Assembly: GCA_024683775.1 (NCBI GenBank)
Contig: GCA_024683775.1_4106.1
DNA from: a phage
DNA: 64,000 bases
Direction: 5' to 3' (one strand)
Shown here: one piece after another, positions 23,978 through 34,167 of the stretch
Layout of the letters: every line of letters starts with the position of its first letter
How positions within the stretch are numbered: position 1 is the first letter of the stretch
The notes under the pieces: model-generated
Told to the model about the DNA's origin: nothing
The model's input: the letters and a program-made list of their open reading frames with translations, nothing else
Database searches by the model: none
Translations under genes and position numbers: made by a program

Positions 23978-24668
23978 TCCCGTATACAAATGTAAGTTCT
24001 GTGATAAAGAATTTAAACGCGAAGACACAGTTAACACACATAAGTGTGTTAAACGTGACCGCTATGAAGATCGTGATAGCCGCCCCATGAGGGAGGCTTT
24101 TCGCATTTATATGCAATTCATGGAGTTAAACCATTTCCCTTTCAAGAAGGGAGTTGAACCATTAATGGCTTTTATAAAATCAAAGTACTTTAGTGATTTT
24201 TATGATTTTGCAATTTATTATTTGAACAACCGTGATATTTTAGATATTGATGGTTTTGTAAAAAGTCTAATTGTAAGAAACCGTCCTATTATGGAATGGA
24301 GTACTTATAAAGCAAAGGATGAATGGATATTAGATTGTATTCGTTCAGAATCTCCCAATGCTGCGGTTTCCCGTAGTGTTGTTGCGATGGTGGAATGGGG
24401 TCAGAATCTGAACTTGGAGTGGAATAAGTTTTTTTCCAATGTGAGTTCTGCCCGTGCAATTGCATGGATTGAGAGTGGTAAGATTTCACCTTGGATTATC
24501 TGGTTAGCACCAAAAGAAAGTACTAATAAGTTTTTCAAGAATCTCTCTAACTCTGAAATCGAGTATATACTTAAATACATTGATCCTAGTTACTTTGAGG
24601 TTAAAACTATAAAGTACAAAAAGGAATGTGATGAAATAAAAAGTATGCTACGTGAGGCTGGATTATGA
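23958..24668 (+). CDS. hypothetical protein with N-terminal C2H2-like zinc finger
   Basis: YKCKFCDKEFKREDTVNTHKC motif. Confidence 0.4.
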   Translation: MAKKSSSPVYKCKFCDKEFKREDTVNTHKCVKRDRYEDRDSRPMREAFRIYMQFMELNHFPFKKGVEPLMAFIKSKYFSDFYDFAIYYLNNRDILDIDGFVKSLIVRNRPIMEWSTYKAKDEWILDCIRSESPNAAVSRSVVAMVEWGQNLNLEWNKFFSNVSSARAIAWIESGKISPWIIWLAPKESTNKFFKNLSNSEIEYILKYIDPSYFEVKTIKYKKECDEIKSMLREAGL

Positions 24669-24994
24669 ATGGAAAAAGTATATATAATAAAATACCAGAA
24701 GGGTATGTACCTGTGCCTAAAGCAGATAAATCTAAATCTTTATCATTGCTTAGACAGGGTTCTATAACTGAAATTACACTTGATGGTAAAACCTTTCAGG
24801 TGCACGATCCTGTTCGTGTAGAAAAAATTATCAGTATGGTTGAAAGACATGAGGAAAGATTCTTTGGTCTAAGTCAAGAGTTGTCAAAGACCAAACAAAA
24901 GTGTACAATGTTAGAAAATCAGGTAACCAAATTATCTAACACTGTAAACAAATTGCAGGAGCAAATCAAAAATGCAGGATTCGACAAATTCTAA
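24665..24994 (+). CDS. hypothetical protein
   Basis: 109-aa ORF with C-terminal coiled-coil-like segment. Confidence 0.4.
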   Translation: MNGKSIYNKIPEGYVPVPKADKSKSLSLLRQGSITEITLDGKTFQVHDPVRVEKIISMVERHEERFFGLSQELSKTKQKCTMLENQVTKLSNTVNKLQEQIKNAGFDKF

Positions 24995-25610
24995 TTCGTA
25001 CCGTAAAGCACGAACAGATATCGACATTGACTTCAAAGATAGTAAGTCAGTGATTGCACAGCTTCCTTGTGTGCGAAGTACAGAAAAAATTACGGAGGAT
25101 GGTTTAATCCCCCATAACAGTGGTGTTCATTTTGATAATATACCAATTGACCCTATCACTGGTTTAGCCAGCATACAATATAAAGAAGCCGAACGCTTGG
25201 GATATCAAAAGGTAGATATCCTGTCACAATCGGCTTACCAGTATGTTCGTGATAGAGCACATTTAAAAGAACTAATGAATCAGGAACCTAATTGGGATCT
25301 TCTGTTAGAACCAGAAATAGTTGAACATCTTTCACAGATTAAAAAACACGTTACATTATTAAATGTGTGGAAACCTAAATCCATTGATGAACTTGCAATG
25401 TTTATTGCAATGATTCGTCCTGGAAAAAGGCAGTGCCAAAGTATGAATACATGGAGTGAAGTTGAATCCACTATATGGGATTACAGTACTATTGGCACAG
25501 ACCAAGCAGGAAATAAGTTACGATATTTCAAAAAGCCACATGCGTATGCATACAGCTTAATGATTGTAGTTCAACTTAACGCTTTAGTTGAACATCTTAC
25601 TTCTTCTTAA
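24972..25610 (+). CDS. DnaE-like (Pol III alpha) palm-domain fragment, C-terminal half
   Basis: TDIDIDF resembles the DnaE catalytic PDFDVDF; IDELAMFIAMIRPG vs DnaE FEDMIALVALFRPGP; HAYAYSLM vs SHSAAYALV; GGAG RBS. Confidence 0.45.
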   Translation: MQDSTNSNSYRKARTDIDIDFKDSKSVIAQLPCVRSTEKITEDGLIPHNSGVHFDNIPIDPITGLASIQYKEAERLGYQKVDILSQSAYQYVRDRAHLKELMNQEPNWDLLLEPEIVEHLSQIKKHVTLLNVWKPKSIDELAMFIAMIRPGKRQCQSMNTWSEVESTIWDYSTIGTDQAGNKLRYFKKPHAYAYSLMIVVQLNALVEHLTSS

Positions 25611-25950
25611 GAGCCACATTACGACGCTTGATGCGTTTTTGTGGCAAATCACTTAAAGAAACTACTGGACCACAAACGAAATTCACCGCAGGGGTATCGA
25701 ATCTCTGTGTGTAAGGTTCAAATTTCTCCATCTCTTCTTGGAAGAATAGACAGACTGGAATTGACCTGTTGCTTTGCCACCACCAATCATGTGCTATACC
25801 CAACAATTCATCTTGCATTGGTTCATCCATATCATCAAAGCAGTAAAGAGTAGTATACTGTTTACTTTTTATCTTGATAATACCAATGAAAGTTTTACCA
25901 TCACACTGAACTACCGTGATAAATGGTGGAATAGTATTATATTGATTCAT
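25597..25950 (-). CDS. hypothetical protein (lone minus-strand gene)
   Basis: 117-aa ORF with basic C-terminus; TATAAAT elements in the divergent upstream region. Confidence 0.4.
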   Translation of the reverse strand: MNQYNTIPPFITVVQCDGKTFIGIIKIKSKQYTTLYCFDDMDEPMQDELLGIAHDWWWQSNRSIPVCLFFQEEMEKFEPYTQRFDTPAVNFVCGPVVSLSDLPQKRIKRRNVALKKK

Positions 25951-25958
25951 ATGAGTTC

Positions 25959-25982
25959 CATAAATATTAGTATAAATTTATA
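25959..25982. promoter_or_regulatory. divergent late-promoter-like region with 12-bp palindrome TATAAATTTATA
   Basis: cATAAATAtta at 25959-25969 and the perfect palindrome at 25971-25982 lie between divergent starts at 25950 and 26008. Confidence 0.4.
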
Positions 25983-26007
25983 CCTATTATTTATGGAAGG
26001 AAAAACT

Positions 26008-26985
26008 ATGGCTCATCACGGCGTGTTTATGTACCCTTATAACCAAGAAGTATCATTGGGCAATTTTAATATGCCATATAGCAATGAGAAACTTACAATA
26101 TACAGAGGTGCAAATAACAATTTATCATTCACAGTGCATAACGCTGATGGAAAATATACATTACTAAAAGATAACGAATATCTAACATTCATGATTTTTG
26201 ATGCTAGAAACAATACTAAATTATTCGATGTAGTTTTGGATAAACAAAAACCATCATGGCTATCAGAAAGTGGACAAGCAAGACAAACATTAGGCAATAG
26301 TAAAAAAGTATATTATGGATGTATTGTTCCTGCTGGTGTAATTCAGGATACTAGTCCTGGTTCAAAATATAGATGGAGTATTACTAAAGTAACAATGGAT
26401 GGTTCCTTGATTGAACCTACACAGTACTTATACACTGGTCTTGATTATGAAGCCTCTGCTGAATTGATCATTTCCGACCAAGCTGCTCCTGTGTTTGTGC
26501 CAAGTATTGAAGTATCTGTTAATAAAAACCCAGCATGGACTACCATCAAACGCTTGTATCATGAACCAATCGCTCGTGGCGTTATTGGTGAATTTGATAT
26601 AATGGCAACATCTCCCCTTCCTGCACAAATGCAGTACGGATTAGTTGATGGTCTTAGTACTATTGCAATGTACTTTGATAAATTCATTGGTAGAATTCAA
26701 TTACAAGGATGTTTGTGTAATAACGTACCAACTGATAACGAAAACTATAAATGGTTTATTGTTAAATTGGATGGTAAAGAATATATCGAAAATGATATTG
26801 ATGAAAATGGATTCCCTAAAGCGTTAGATGGGATTCAAGCATTTAATTTTAAAGGTAATTACATGTGGTTGCGATTGGTTGTTTGTATTCATCCTAAGAT
26901 CGTTCCAGTTCCTTATGACTATGCGGCAGTAAGAAAAGTCTATGACCCACTACTGTCAGTTCCTAAAATTTTGATTCGCAGGTGA
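26008..26985 (+). CDS. hypothetical late protein (probable structural)
   Basis: 326-aa ORF from ATG 26008 with GGAAGG RBS; the track ORF from 25774 extends upstream without RBS. Confidence 0.45.
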   Translation: MAHHGVFMYPYNQEVSLGNFNMPYSNEKLTIYRGANNNLSFTVHNADGKYTLLKDNEYLTFMIFDARNNTKLFDVVLDKQKPSWLSESGQARQTLGNSKKVYYGCIVPAGVIQDTSPGSKYRWSITKVTMDGSLIEPTQYLYTGLDYEASAELIISDQAAPVFVPSIEVSVNKNPAWTTIKRLYHEPIARGVIGEFDIMATSPLPAQMQYGLVDGLSTIAMYFDKFIGRIQLQGCLCNNVPTDNENYKWFIVKLDGKEYIENDIDENGFPKALDGIQAFNFKGNYMWLRLVVCIHPKIVPVPYDYAAVRKVYDPLLSVPKILIRR

Positions 26986-27011
26986 GACAAAACAAGTGTT
27001 TGTGCTATAAT
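26982..27011 (+). promoter_or_regulatory. promoter with GAGACAAAC-type -35 box
   Basis: gtGAGACAAAac at 26982-26993, 18-nt spacer, tgcTATAAT with TATAAT at 27006-27011. Confidence 0.5.
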
Positions 27012-27040
27012 CATTTGTGAGAAATAACAAGGATTAAATT

Positions 27041-28096
27041 ATGAACGCTGTACAAAACATCATGGCACAAATCATGAATGACCCAGTACCAGGAATTGGT
27101 ATGTGGACACATCACAATTGTCCTGCTTGTGTGTTCCGTGGTCATTCACGCCCCGATACTAAAAATCGCGGCAATCATATGTTTAACGCAGATGGTTCTG
27201 TTTCTTATAACTGTTTTAACTGTAGTCTAAAAACTGGGTGGCAACCTGGAAAATATATGAGCAAAGATATGGAGTCTTTGCTCATTTCTTTTGGTGCACA
27301 GGATAAGGAAATAGAACTAGCTAAATTTTACATTAAAGAAATGGTTGATAGTGGAGACTTTGCAGAACAAGAAACTACTGCATCTAAACTATATCAACGT
27401 GTAACTGTTCGTGAATTACCACCGAACTCAAAAACATTTTGGGAATGGGCATCGTTACCAGAAGAGCAAATACCACAAGAATTTATTAGTGTTCTGAATC
27501 ATGTGAATGAGCGAAATCCATATCTATTAGATTTAGAATTGTATTGGAGTCCAGCTAAAGAACATAAAATGTATGACCGATTTATCATACCATACGTTAT
27601 GAACGGTAAAATTATCGGATATACTGCTAGACACAAACTTAAAGACCCAGGAAGTACCTATCGTTTTATTAATCAGGTCAGTACTAATATTCTATATAAT
27701 TATGATCTGTTACAAGATGAACGAATTAAAACTATATTAGTTTGTGAAGGTCCAATGGATGCAGCACTAATGGGTGGTGTTTCTGCAAATAACTTTAAAT
27801 TGTCAGCAGTACAAATAGATGTACTTAAAGCTGCACAAGAAAAAGGTAAAAAGATTGTTATCGTACCAGACCGTGATAAGGATGGATTACAAACAATCGA
27901 ACAAGCACTAGAATATGGATTTAGTGTTTCTTTCCCAGATTTTGGGGCAGTACGTGTTGGAAGTACTATACGTCACATTAAAGATTTTGACGAAGCATGT
28001 GCTAGATTTGGAAGATTATTTTGTTTACAACTGATACATGATAGTATAGTTGACGAGCCTTTCTATATTAAAGCACAAACGGATAAGTGGATGTAA
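27041..28096 (+). CDS. DNA primase (T4 gp61-like)
   Basis: N-terminal zinc-binding HNCPAC...CFNC, Toprim-like LVCEGPMDA. Confidence 0.75.
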   Translation: MNAVQNIMAQIMNDPVPGIGMWTHHNCPACVFRGHSRPDTKNRGNHMFNADGSVSYNCFNCSLKTGWQPGKYMSKDMESLLISFGAQDKEIELAKFYIKEMVDSGDFAEQETTASKLYQRVTVRELPPNSKTFWEWASLPEEQIPQEFISVLNHVNERNPYLLDLELYWSPAKEHKMYDRFIIPYVMNGKIIGYTARHKLKDPGSTYRFINQVSTNILYNYDLLQDERIKTILVCEGPMDAALMGGVSANNFKLSAVQIDVLKAAQEKGKKIVIVPDRDKDGLQTIEQALEYGFSVSFPDFGAVRVGSTIRHIKDFDEACARFGRLFCLQLIHDSIVDEPFYIKAQTDKWM

Positions 28097-28122
28097 CACA
28101 GGATATAAATGAGGGAACATAA

Positions 28123-29643
28123 ATGATTCAAAGCACAGTGGACGTCAAACAGTATGGGATTAATGCACAACAATACTTACTATCCCAAGTTTTCAGTAAT
28201 CCAGATTTATTTGTACGTTGTAAAAATATTCTAAAGCCAGAATATTTTGATAAAACATTTCATGAAAGTATTCAGTACGTTCATGATTATGCAGCAAAAT
28301 ATAGTTCATCCCCTACACTGAAAGATATCGAAGTGAAAGGTGGTTATCAGTATGATCATTATGAAGTACAAGAACTTCATAAACAGGCAGTACTGGATAC
28401 CTGTAGTGAGTTTTGCCGTCACAAAGCTCTAGCTCTAGCAGTAGAGAAAGGTATGGAATTAGTACATCAGAAAAAATATGGTGGCATCGAAGAACTCATT
28501 CGTGAAGCTATGTTAGTATCTGTACAGAATGAGTTGGGTCTTGATATCTTTGAAAATCCAGAAGATACCATTCGTTCATTGAGCACTATGCAAGGTTCAT
28601 TCAAGAGTGGATGGGAAACCCTTGACTATAAACTATTCGGTGGTTTTGGTCGCCGTGAACTTGAAATCTTTGCAGCCGCGTCTGGTGGTGGTAAATCAGT
28701 AGTACTACAGAACTTAGCAGTTAACTTTGCTAAGGCTGGTATGAATGGTGCATACATTTCACTAGAACTAGCAGAAGAGTTGGTAGCCGTTCGTATCTAT
28801 GGTATGATGACTGAATCTAAGCTAAGTAACGTTAAGAACGAAGCTGAAAAGATTGGTCTACGAGTTCAAATGGAAGGCAAGGATAGTGGTATATTGCGTA
28901 TTAAACGTTTACCAGAATCCGTAACAACCACTGATGATATTGAAAGTTATCTTCGTGAATTGCAAATTAAAATGGAAGTCAAATTAGATTATGTTTGTGT
29001 GGACTACCTTGACCTATTAACATCAAATCGTCTTGGTCCTAATGATAAATCTAATACATTTACAAAAGATAAATTTGTATCTGAAGAATTGCGTGCACTA
29101 GCAACCAAAATGGATTTGACCGTCTTCACTGCGTCACAGTTTAACCGTAGTGGTATGGATGAAGATAAGAAAAGTCAAAGTCAGATTGCTGGTGGTATTT
29201 CTAAAATCTATACTGCGGATAACGTTATCTACATTGAAGCACGTAAAGAAACTGGCGAACTTTGGTTTGACTTCCAGAAAACACGTAACAGTAGTGCAGT
29301 TGGTTCACGTTTGCGTATGTCATATGATATCGATTCACTTCGTGTACTAGACCACGCAACCACAATCCAACAATTCGAAACTGATGGGTCAGGATTCCGT
29401 CACAGTGGCATCTCTAAGGTCGGCGGTGGTAACATGGCAATGCCACCAAGTACAATGCAAACACTGCGTCATACGCTTTCTGGTGCTCCTAAACCAAGCA
29501 CTACACCGAGTGTTGAAAGCGTAACACTAAATACAGATAGTGATCCAATCACTTCTACACAAACTGAATCCCAGCCTCAACAGCCTCACATTGGTACTGA
29601 TCGTGTAAATGCAATGAAGCAATGGTTAAATCAAAGGAAATAA
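28123..29643 (+). CDS. replicative DnaB-family helicase (T4 gp41-like)
   Basis: Walker A AAASGGGKSV in a RecA-fold context; 506 aa. Confidence 0.8.
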   Translation: MIQSTVDVKQYGINAQQYLLSQVFSNPDLFVRCKNILKPEYFDKTFHESIQYVHDYAAKYSSSPTLKDIEVKGGYQYDHYEVQELHKQAVLDTCSEFCRHKALALAVEKGMELVHQKKYGGIEELIREAMLVSVQNELGLDIFENPEDTIRSLSTMQGSFKSGWETLDYKLFGGFGRRELEIFAAASGGGKSVVLQNLAVNFAKAGMNGAYISLELAEELVAVRIYGMMTESKLSNVKNEAEKIGLRVQMEGKDSGILRIKRLPESVTTTDDIESYLRELQIKMEVKLDYVCVDYLDLLTSNRLGPNDKSNTFTKDKFVSEELRALATKMDLTVFTASQFNRSGMDEDKKSQSQIAGGISKIYTADNVIYIEARKETGELWFDFQKTRNSSAVGSRLRMSYDIDSLRVLDHATTIQQFETDGSGFRHSGISKVGGGNMAMPPSTMQTLRHTLSGAPKPSTTPSVESVTLNTDSDPITSTQTESQPQQPHIGTDRVNAMKQWLNQRK

Positions 29644-29646
29644 TGA

Positions 29647-29919
29647 ATGTCTAGTAAATCCAATAAAAAGAATCTACTTGATAGTATAGTTGACTATACA
29701 CCAGAGAAAGATACATTACAGAGTTTTGGTAATCGTGCAGATCATGCAATCAACTCTGTTATTCATTTATTGGAGAGTATCGAAGATGAATTTAACCAAA
29801 CTGATGCTGAAGATTTGAAGAAACGTTTATTTCTTAGTATTAAGAACCGAGATTATAAAAAGTTTCAGAAGGGCTTGGAGAACATAGCACTTGATGAAAA
29901 ACGTAATAAAGGGAATTGA
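29647..29919 (+). CDS. hypothetical protein
   Basis: 90-aa ORF. Confidence 0.4.
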   Translation: MSSKSNKKNLLDSIVDYTPEKDTLQSFGNRADHAINSVIHLLESIEDEFNQTDAEDLKKRLFLSIKNRDYKKFQKGLENIALDEKRNKGN

Positions 29920-29920
29920 T

Positions 29921-30088
29921 ATGAAGAAGAAAACTAAACTAAAAGAAAATGCTTCTGCTGGTGCAACATCAGCAGGTGCAGTAGCATCAGTCAGTACTGG
30001 ATTAAATTACCCATTACTTCGAAGAATGCCTCCTACAAATTTCTTTGGATATAAAGTTGTTGAGACTAAAAATAAGGATATTGAATGA
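29921..30088 (+). CDS. hypothetical small protein
   Basis: 55-aa ORF from ATG 29921. Confidence 0.3.
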   Translation: MKKKTKLKENASAGATSAGAVASVSTGLNYPLLRRMPPTNFFGYKVVETKNKDIE

Positions 30089-30477
30089 AACCATATACTT
30101 TCTACACAATTAATACTGTTGTAGATATAGGTGATGGTACAACTCCAACAATCATCGATTCTAAGTTCACAGGTGCTATGAATTTGTCGAGGTTGTTGGA
30201 GGCTATTATGGTACATGATTATCCCATGATGGTAAGTGTAGTAAAAACTGAAATAGATCTATATAAAGATAACAACGCATCTTTCTATAATCTTCCAGTT
30301 TCATGGGGTAAATGTACTCTTAGTACTTTCAAATTCGCAATACCAATGGATGTTGATTTGCGTTTGAATGGAATACCATTAGTTTTACCTACAGAATTAA
30401 ATGGTAAAAGAATTACAAAATTTATCACAACAGGTAATGATACAAATATTAGCATCAGCAAACAGACCTTTTCTTAA
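30085..30477 (+). CDS. hypothetical protein
   Basis: 130-aa ORF. Confidence 0.4.
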   Translation: MKPYTFYTINTVVDIGDGTTPTIIDSKFTGAMNLSRLLEAIMVHDYPMMVSVVKTEIDLYKDNNASFYNLPVSWGKCTLSTFKFAIPMDVDLRLNGIPLVLPTELNGKRITKFITTGNDTNISISKQTFS

Positions 30478-30498
30478 TTGTGATAAATATCATAAAGC

Positions 30499-30520
30499 AA
30501 GACAGAGGTCTTTTTTATTT
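30499..30520 (+). terminator. weak hairpin plus T-run
   Basis: AAGAC-AGAG-GTCTT followed by TTTTTTATTT. Confidence 0.4.
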
Positions 30521-30534
30521 TATATGGAGTAATT

Positions 30535-31497
30535 ATGGATATAAACCAAACAGCAGCGGAGCTACAGAAGTTTGCTGACGCACATAATTTGAATGTTGAT
30601 GTTTCTGTTGTACTGGATAATATGGATGCGGGTGATTTCATCACACTAAATGCCGCTATGGATAATTCAGATAACCGTGAAATTTTTCAAATTCTACAAA
30701 AGTACAAAGCACAAATGAGTGAAAGTTTCTCATACTTCAGTACTGATAATGTAACTAAACATATTGTTGAAAGTTCTGATTGGCATAAGACAGTTGATTC
30801 TATGACAATGAAAGACTTAGTTGAAGCATACAAAAGTAACTTCACATACTCTGATGTTTCTAAGTTGAGTATTCAAGAATTAAAAACTATTGTGTTTGAA
30901 GATTTATCCTCTAATTTGGAAAATCCAGAAAATCAATTAAAATCTACACAGATTGCTAAAATGAATGTGTCACAGCAACAACAGCAAGTGAACCCACAAA
31001 CCCAAGCTAAACTTAAACAAGCAGAACTACAACGTAATGCTAATAACATTAAAGTTAGCGTCCCTGGGAATCAAAGCGGTACTGATTCAATTGAACCTGT
31101 TGTTGGTATCGATGCTGGACAAAACCCACAGCAATCTTTAGTAGTAACTAAAAGTGGCACTAAGCCAAACGAATTGAATGTTTTCCCTTTGGATGATGTA
31201 ACTCCAGTTGACAATCAAAATCAAAGTACTACAATTCGTGAAGAGAAATCACCACAAGAAATTAATAGTGAAGTGATGGGTGAGCCTGGTATGGAACCAG
31301 ACGGTAATCCAAATTCACCATCTCCACTAACACAACACGCACCAGGTATGGGTGAAATGATTCATGCAATCGCTGATATCGAAAAAGAAGATGATATCTA
31401 TGGTGATGAAAGTGTAATGGCAAACTCTGCACAACAAGAGAATGATGAGATGGTAGATCAAATCATTGATTTCTGTCACCGTATGCGAGGCCGATAA
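30535..31497 (+). CDS. hypothetical protein (Gln/Asn-rich)
   Basis: 320-aa ORF. Confidence 0.45.
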   Translation: MDINQTAAELQKFADAHNLNVDVSVVLDNMDAGDFITLNAAMDNSDNREIFQILQKYKAQMSESFSYFSTDNVTKHIVESSDWHKTVDSMTMKDLVEAYKSNFTYSDVSKLSIQELKTIVFEDLSSNLENPENQLKSTQIAKMNVSQQQQQVNPQTQAKLKQAELQRNANNIKVSVPGNQSGTDSIEPVVGIDAGQNPQQSLVVTKSGTKPNELNVFPLDDVTPVDNQNQSTTIREEKSPQEINSEVMGEPGMEPDGNPNSPSPLTQHAPGMGEMIHAIADIEKEDDIYGDESVMANSAQQENDEMVDQIIDFCHRMRGR

Positions 31498-31715
31498 TGA
31501 GAACTGTACCTAATGTTCATGGTCACAACACTATGGTTTCCAACGAAGAATACAGACTATTACAGAAAATTAAGGCACGAGGTTCCGTGCCAGTTGAAAA
31601 AGTAAACGAATACTATCAGGAACTTGCGGATAAAATGGTATCTCGTGGAGTCCTAAATATTGTTGAGAAAGATGACGGTACTGAAGAGTATTCAACTGTT
31701 AGGAGTAATAAATGA
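31497..31715 (+). CDS. hypothetical protein
   Basis: 72-aa ORF. Confidence 0.35.
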   Translation: MRTVPNVHGHNTMVSNEEYRLLQKIKARGSVPVEKVNEYYQELADKMVSRGVLNIVEKDDGTEEYSTVRSNK

Positions 31716-32389
31716 ATTACGAGTACGATCAACAATCAGTTAATCAGATGGCTGATTTGTTAAGCGGTTTGAATGACATTGAAGCTGGTGCAACCCATAA
31801 TGCGTCTGGTGTTCCTTACAAGTCAGGTGGTGATATCGGTGCAATGACCGACATTTTGACATCATTAAATGAAGCTGGTATGAATTATGGTGTTGATCCA
31901 GAACAGACACATCCACATGTTGTTCCATTCCACGCCCCATACAATGAACACATGCTTGGTCACCAACCAGCACAACCTGTTGTACAACGTGCACCTGCTA
32001 AACCTAAAACTAACTGGAGTTTAGTAGAAGAAAAAATTCAAGGTACTAAATCAACAAAAGTATACAGTGTTAAATGTAATCATAGTTCTCAAGTTATCAT
32101 GAATAATATTATGATGTATGAAGCTGCACTAACACTAGTAAACCTTCTCAACGAAGGAAGAATGTTGACAGATGCAAAAGTTCTTGGTATCATCAGTTCC
32201 GGTTTACAATACACCAATGTAATTACCGAAGCATTGAAGGCTGCACAGAAACGTCAACGTGTTCTGAATGAGTCGAAGTACGATGAAGCAAAAGATTTAG
32301 ATATCATCATCGCTGAAAAGAAAGCTGAAGCATACAAACTCAAAGAGCGTGTACTGAACTTTCTAAAGAGTGAAGGTTATATAAAGTAA
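31712..32389 (+). CDS. hypothetical protein
   Basis: 225-aa ORF. Confidence 0.4.
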   Translation: MNYEYDQQSVNQMADLLSGLNDIEAGATHNASGVPYKSGGDIGAMTDILTSLNEAGMNYGVDPEQTHPHVVPFHAPYNEHMLGHQPAQPVVQRAPAKPKTNWSLVEEKIQGTKSTKVYSVKCNHSSQVIMNNIMMYEAALTLVNLLNEGRMLTDAKVLGIISSGLQYTNVITEALKAAQKRQRVLNESKYDEAKDLDIIIAEKKAEAYKLKERVLNFLKSEGYIK

Positions 32390-32422
32390 ATAAATTTAGT
32401 GATATTTTATAAGGAAATTCAA

Positions 32423-33055
32423 ATGTCTAACTACAAAAAACTAATGGAATCTGCTTCACGTGTTGAAGCAATGAAGTTCATCAAATTGAACGAATCTAAT
32501 ATTGAGAAAGCTGAAATCGTTCTCTCTGTTAAAGGTGAAATCGTTGACAAACTACAACGTCAGTCTGAAGTAATCAATAACATGGGCGTTGACGTTCTAG
32601 GTCCACTACTTGACCGTATCAAAGCGGAACAAGGTCTTGATGCTGCACAGAACTTTAGTGATAGCGTTCGCCACCTACTTCAACATGCAGTTACTACTCT
32701 AATGGATGTTAAAGACAAAATCAGTACTGAAACTTTAAAACTAACTGGTGATATCACTGATGGTCCAGCAGTTTCTGATATTGGTAGTGAAGATGTTGAT
32801 ATCGACATTGCTGCTGACACCCCAACGTTCGACATGGGTACTGATGCTGATTTCGAAGAAGATATTATTTCTGAGCCAGTACCAACTGAGCGTGAAATGA
32901 AAGAATCTGTAAAACCAACTCAAATTGGTATTAAGATGGAAAGTGTTCGCGGTACTGTAGGTACTAAATTCTTCAAAAACAAAGAAGAAATGAAAACTTG
33001 GCTATCTGAGAACGAGAAGAAAGTTAAACGTGTACTAGGATACGTTAAAAAATAA
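32423..33055 (+). CDS. hypothetical protein
   Basis: 210-aa ORF from ATG 32423 with AAGGA RBS. Confidence 0.4.
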   Translation: MSNYKKLMESASRVEAMKFIKLNESNIEKAEIVLSVKGEIVDKLQRQSEVINNMGVDVLGPLLDRIKAEQGLDAAQNFSDSVRHLLQHAVTTLMDVKDKISTETLKLTGDITDGPAVSDIGSEDVDIDIAADTPTFDMGTDADFEEDIISEPVPTEREMKESVKPTQIGIKMESVRGTVGTKFFKNKEEMKTWLSENEKKVKRVLGYVKK

Positions 33056-33071
33056 TTAAGGATGAATCTAA

Positions 33072-33401
33072 ATGAGATTTCAAGATCTTACAGAAGAGGC
33101 TCCTGGTAAAGACATACGCAATATGATTACTACTATTGCGTTGTCTTTAGTATCATCGGGTCGCGAAGAAGTGAACCTACAATCTTTAATCGCTGAAATC
33201 AAAAAGCGAACCAACATTGATGTTCCTTATAATGTTATGATGGATATTCTAAACTCTTTGCCATTTGTGCAAGATGCGAATTCGGATGTTGTAACATTTA
33301 CTGGTAATGATTCAGAAAGTACTGGTGAAGTTGAACAGAACTCTGAAGACCAAGTTGAAGATTGGGCAACAAAAGCTGCTGTTGCAGCAAATAAGCAATA
33401 A
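33072..33401 (+). CDS. hypothetical protein
   Basis: 109-aa ORF. Confidence 0.4.
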   Translation: MRFQDLTEEAPGKDIRNMITTIALSLVSSGREEVNLQSLIAEIKKRTNIDVPYNVMMDILNSLPFVQDANSDVVTFTGNDSESTGEVEQNSEDQVEDWATKAAVAANKQ

Positions 33402-33404
33402 AAA

Positions 33405-33434
33405 CTGAGACAAACAAAAATACGATGCTATAAT
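33405..33434 (+). promoter_or_regulatory. promoter with GAGACAAAC-type -35 box
   Basis: ctGAGACAAACaa at 33405-33417, 18-nt spacer, tgcTATAAT with TATAAT at 33429-33434. Confidence 0.5.
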
Positions 33435-33447
33435 TAGGAGTACACGG

Positions 33448-34167
33448 ATGTACACACCACCAATTGTTAGCAGATATACATACGTTGATTACAAAAGAAT
33501 TGAAGGCGGCCCCGAAGGTCGCCTTTATTCAACTCCAACAGGGAATCTGCCGTCAGTGACAACAATTCTTAGTGCCACCTCTGACAATGAGGGGTTGAAA
33601 AAATGGAGAGAATTTGTTGGTGAAGAGAAAGCTAATGAGATTACATTAGAAGCATGTACTGTTGGTACTTTTATGCACGAGAACTTAGAATATCGTCTGG
33701 ATGGAAAGCCAGACCACCAAGGTGGTATGCCGATACGAGTTCTGGCCCGTAGAATGGCTGACAAAATTCAAGAAGAAGCATGGCCTAGAATCAATGAAGT
33801 GTGGGGTCAGGAAGTTCCATTATTCTATGAAGGATTATGGGCTGGAACAACTGACTTAGTTGGAGTTCATGATGGTATTCCTTCTATCATGGACTATAAG
33901 AATTCCCGTAAATTAAAGACATGGGAACATATCGAAAATTACCGTATGCAAATCGCTGCATATGCACTATCGCATAATCAAATGTTTGGAACAAATATTG
34001 AGCGTGGTGTAATTTTCATCTGTGTAAGAAAAGATCCTAACAATTTACAATATCAAGAATTCGTTATTGAAGGACAAGACTTCAAGGATGCGGTTGATAT
34101 GTGGATTGGTAGAGTTGAACAATACTATATTTTACGTGGAGAAATTGAATCAAATGGAACAGCATAA
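33448..34167 (+). CDS. PD-(D/E)xK family nuclease (RecB/Cas4-like fold)
   Basis: Motifs H (FMHENLEY), D (TTDLVGV), D-x-K (MDYK) and QxxxY (QIAAY). Confidence 0.6.
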   Translation: MYTPPIVSRYTYVDYKRIEGGPEGRLYSTPTGNLPSVTTILSATSDNEGLKKWREFVGEEKANEITLEACTVGTFMHENLEYRLDGKPDHQGGMPIRVLARRMADKIQEEAWPRINEVWGQEVPLFYEGLWAGTTDLVGVHDGIPSIMDYKNSRKLKTWEHIENYRMQIAAYALSHNQMFGTNIERGVIFICVRKDPNNLQYQEFVIEGQDFKDAVDMWIGRVEQYYILRGEIESNGTA

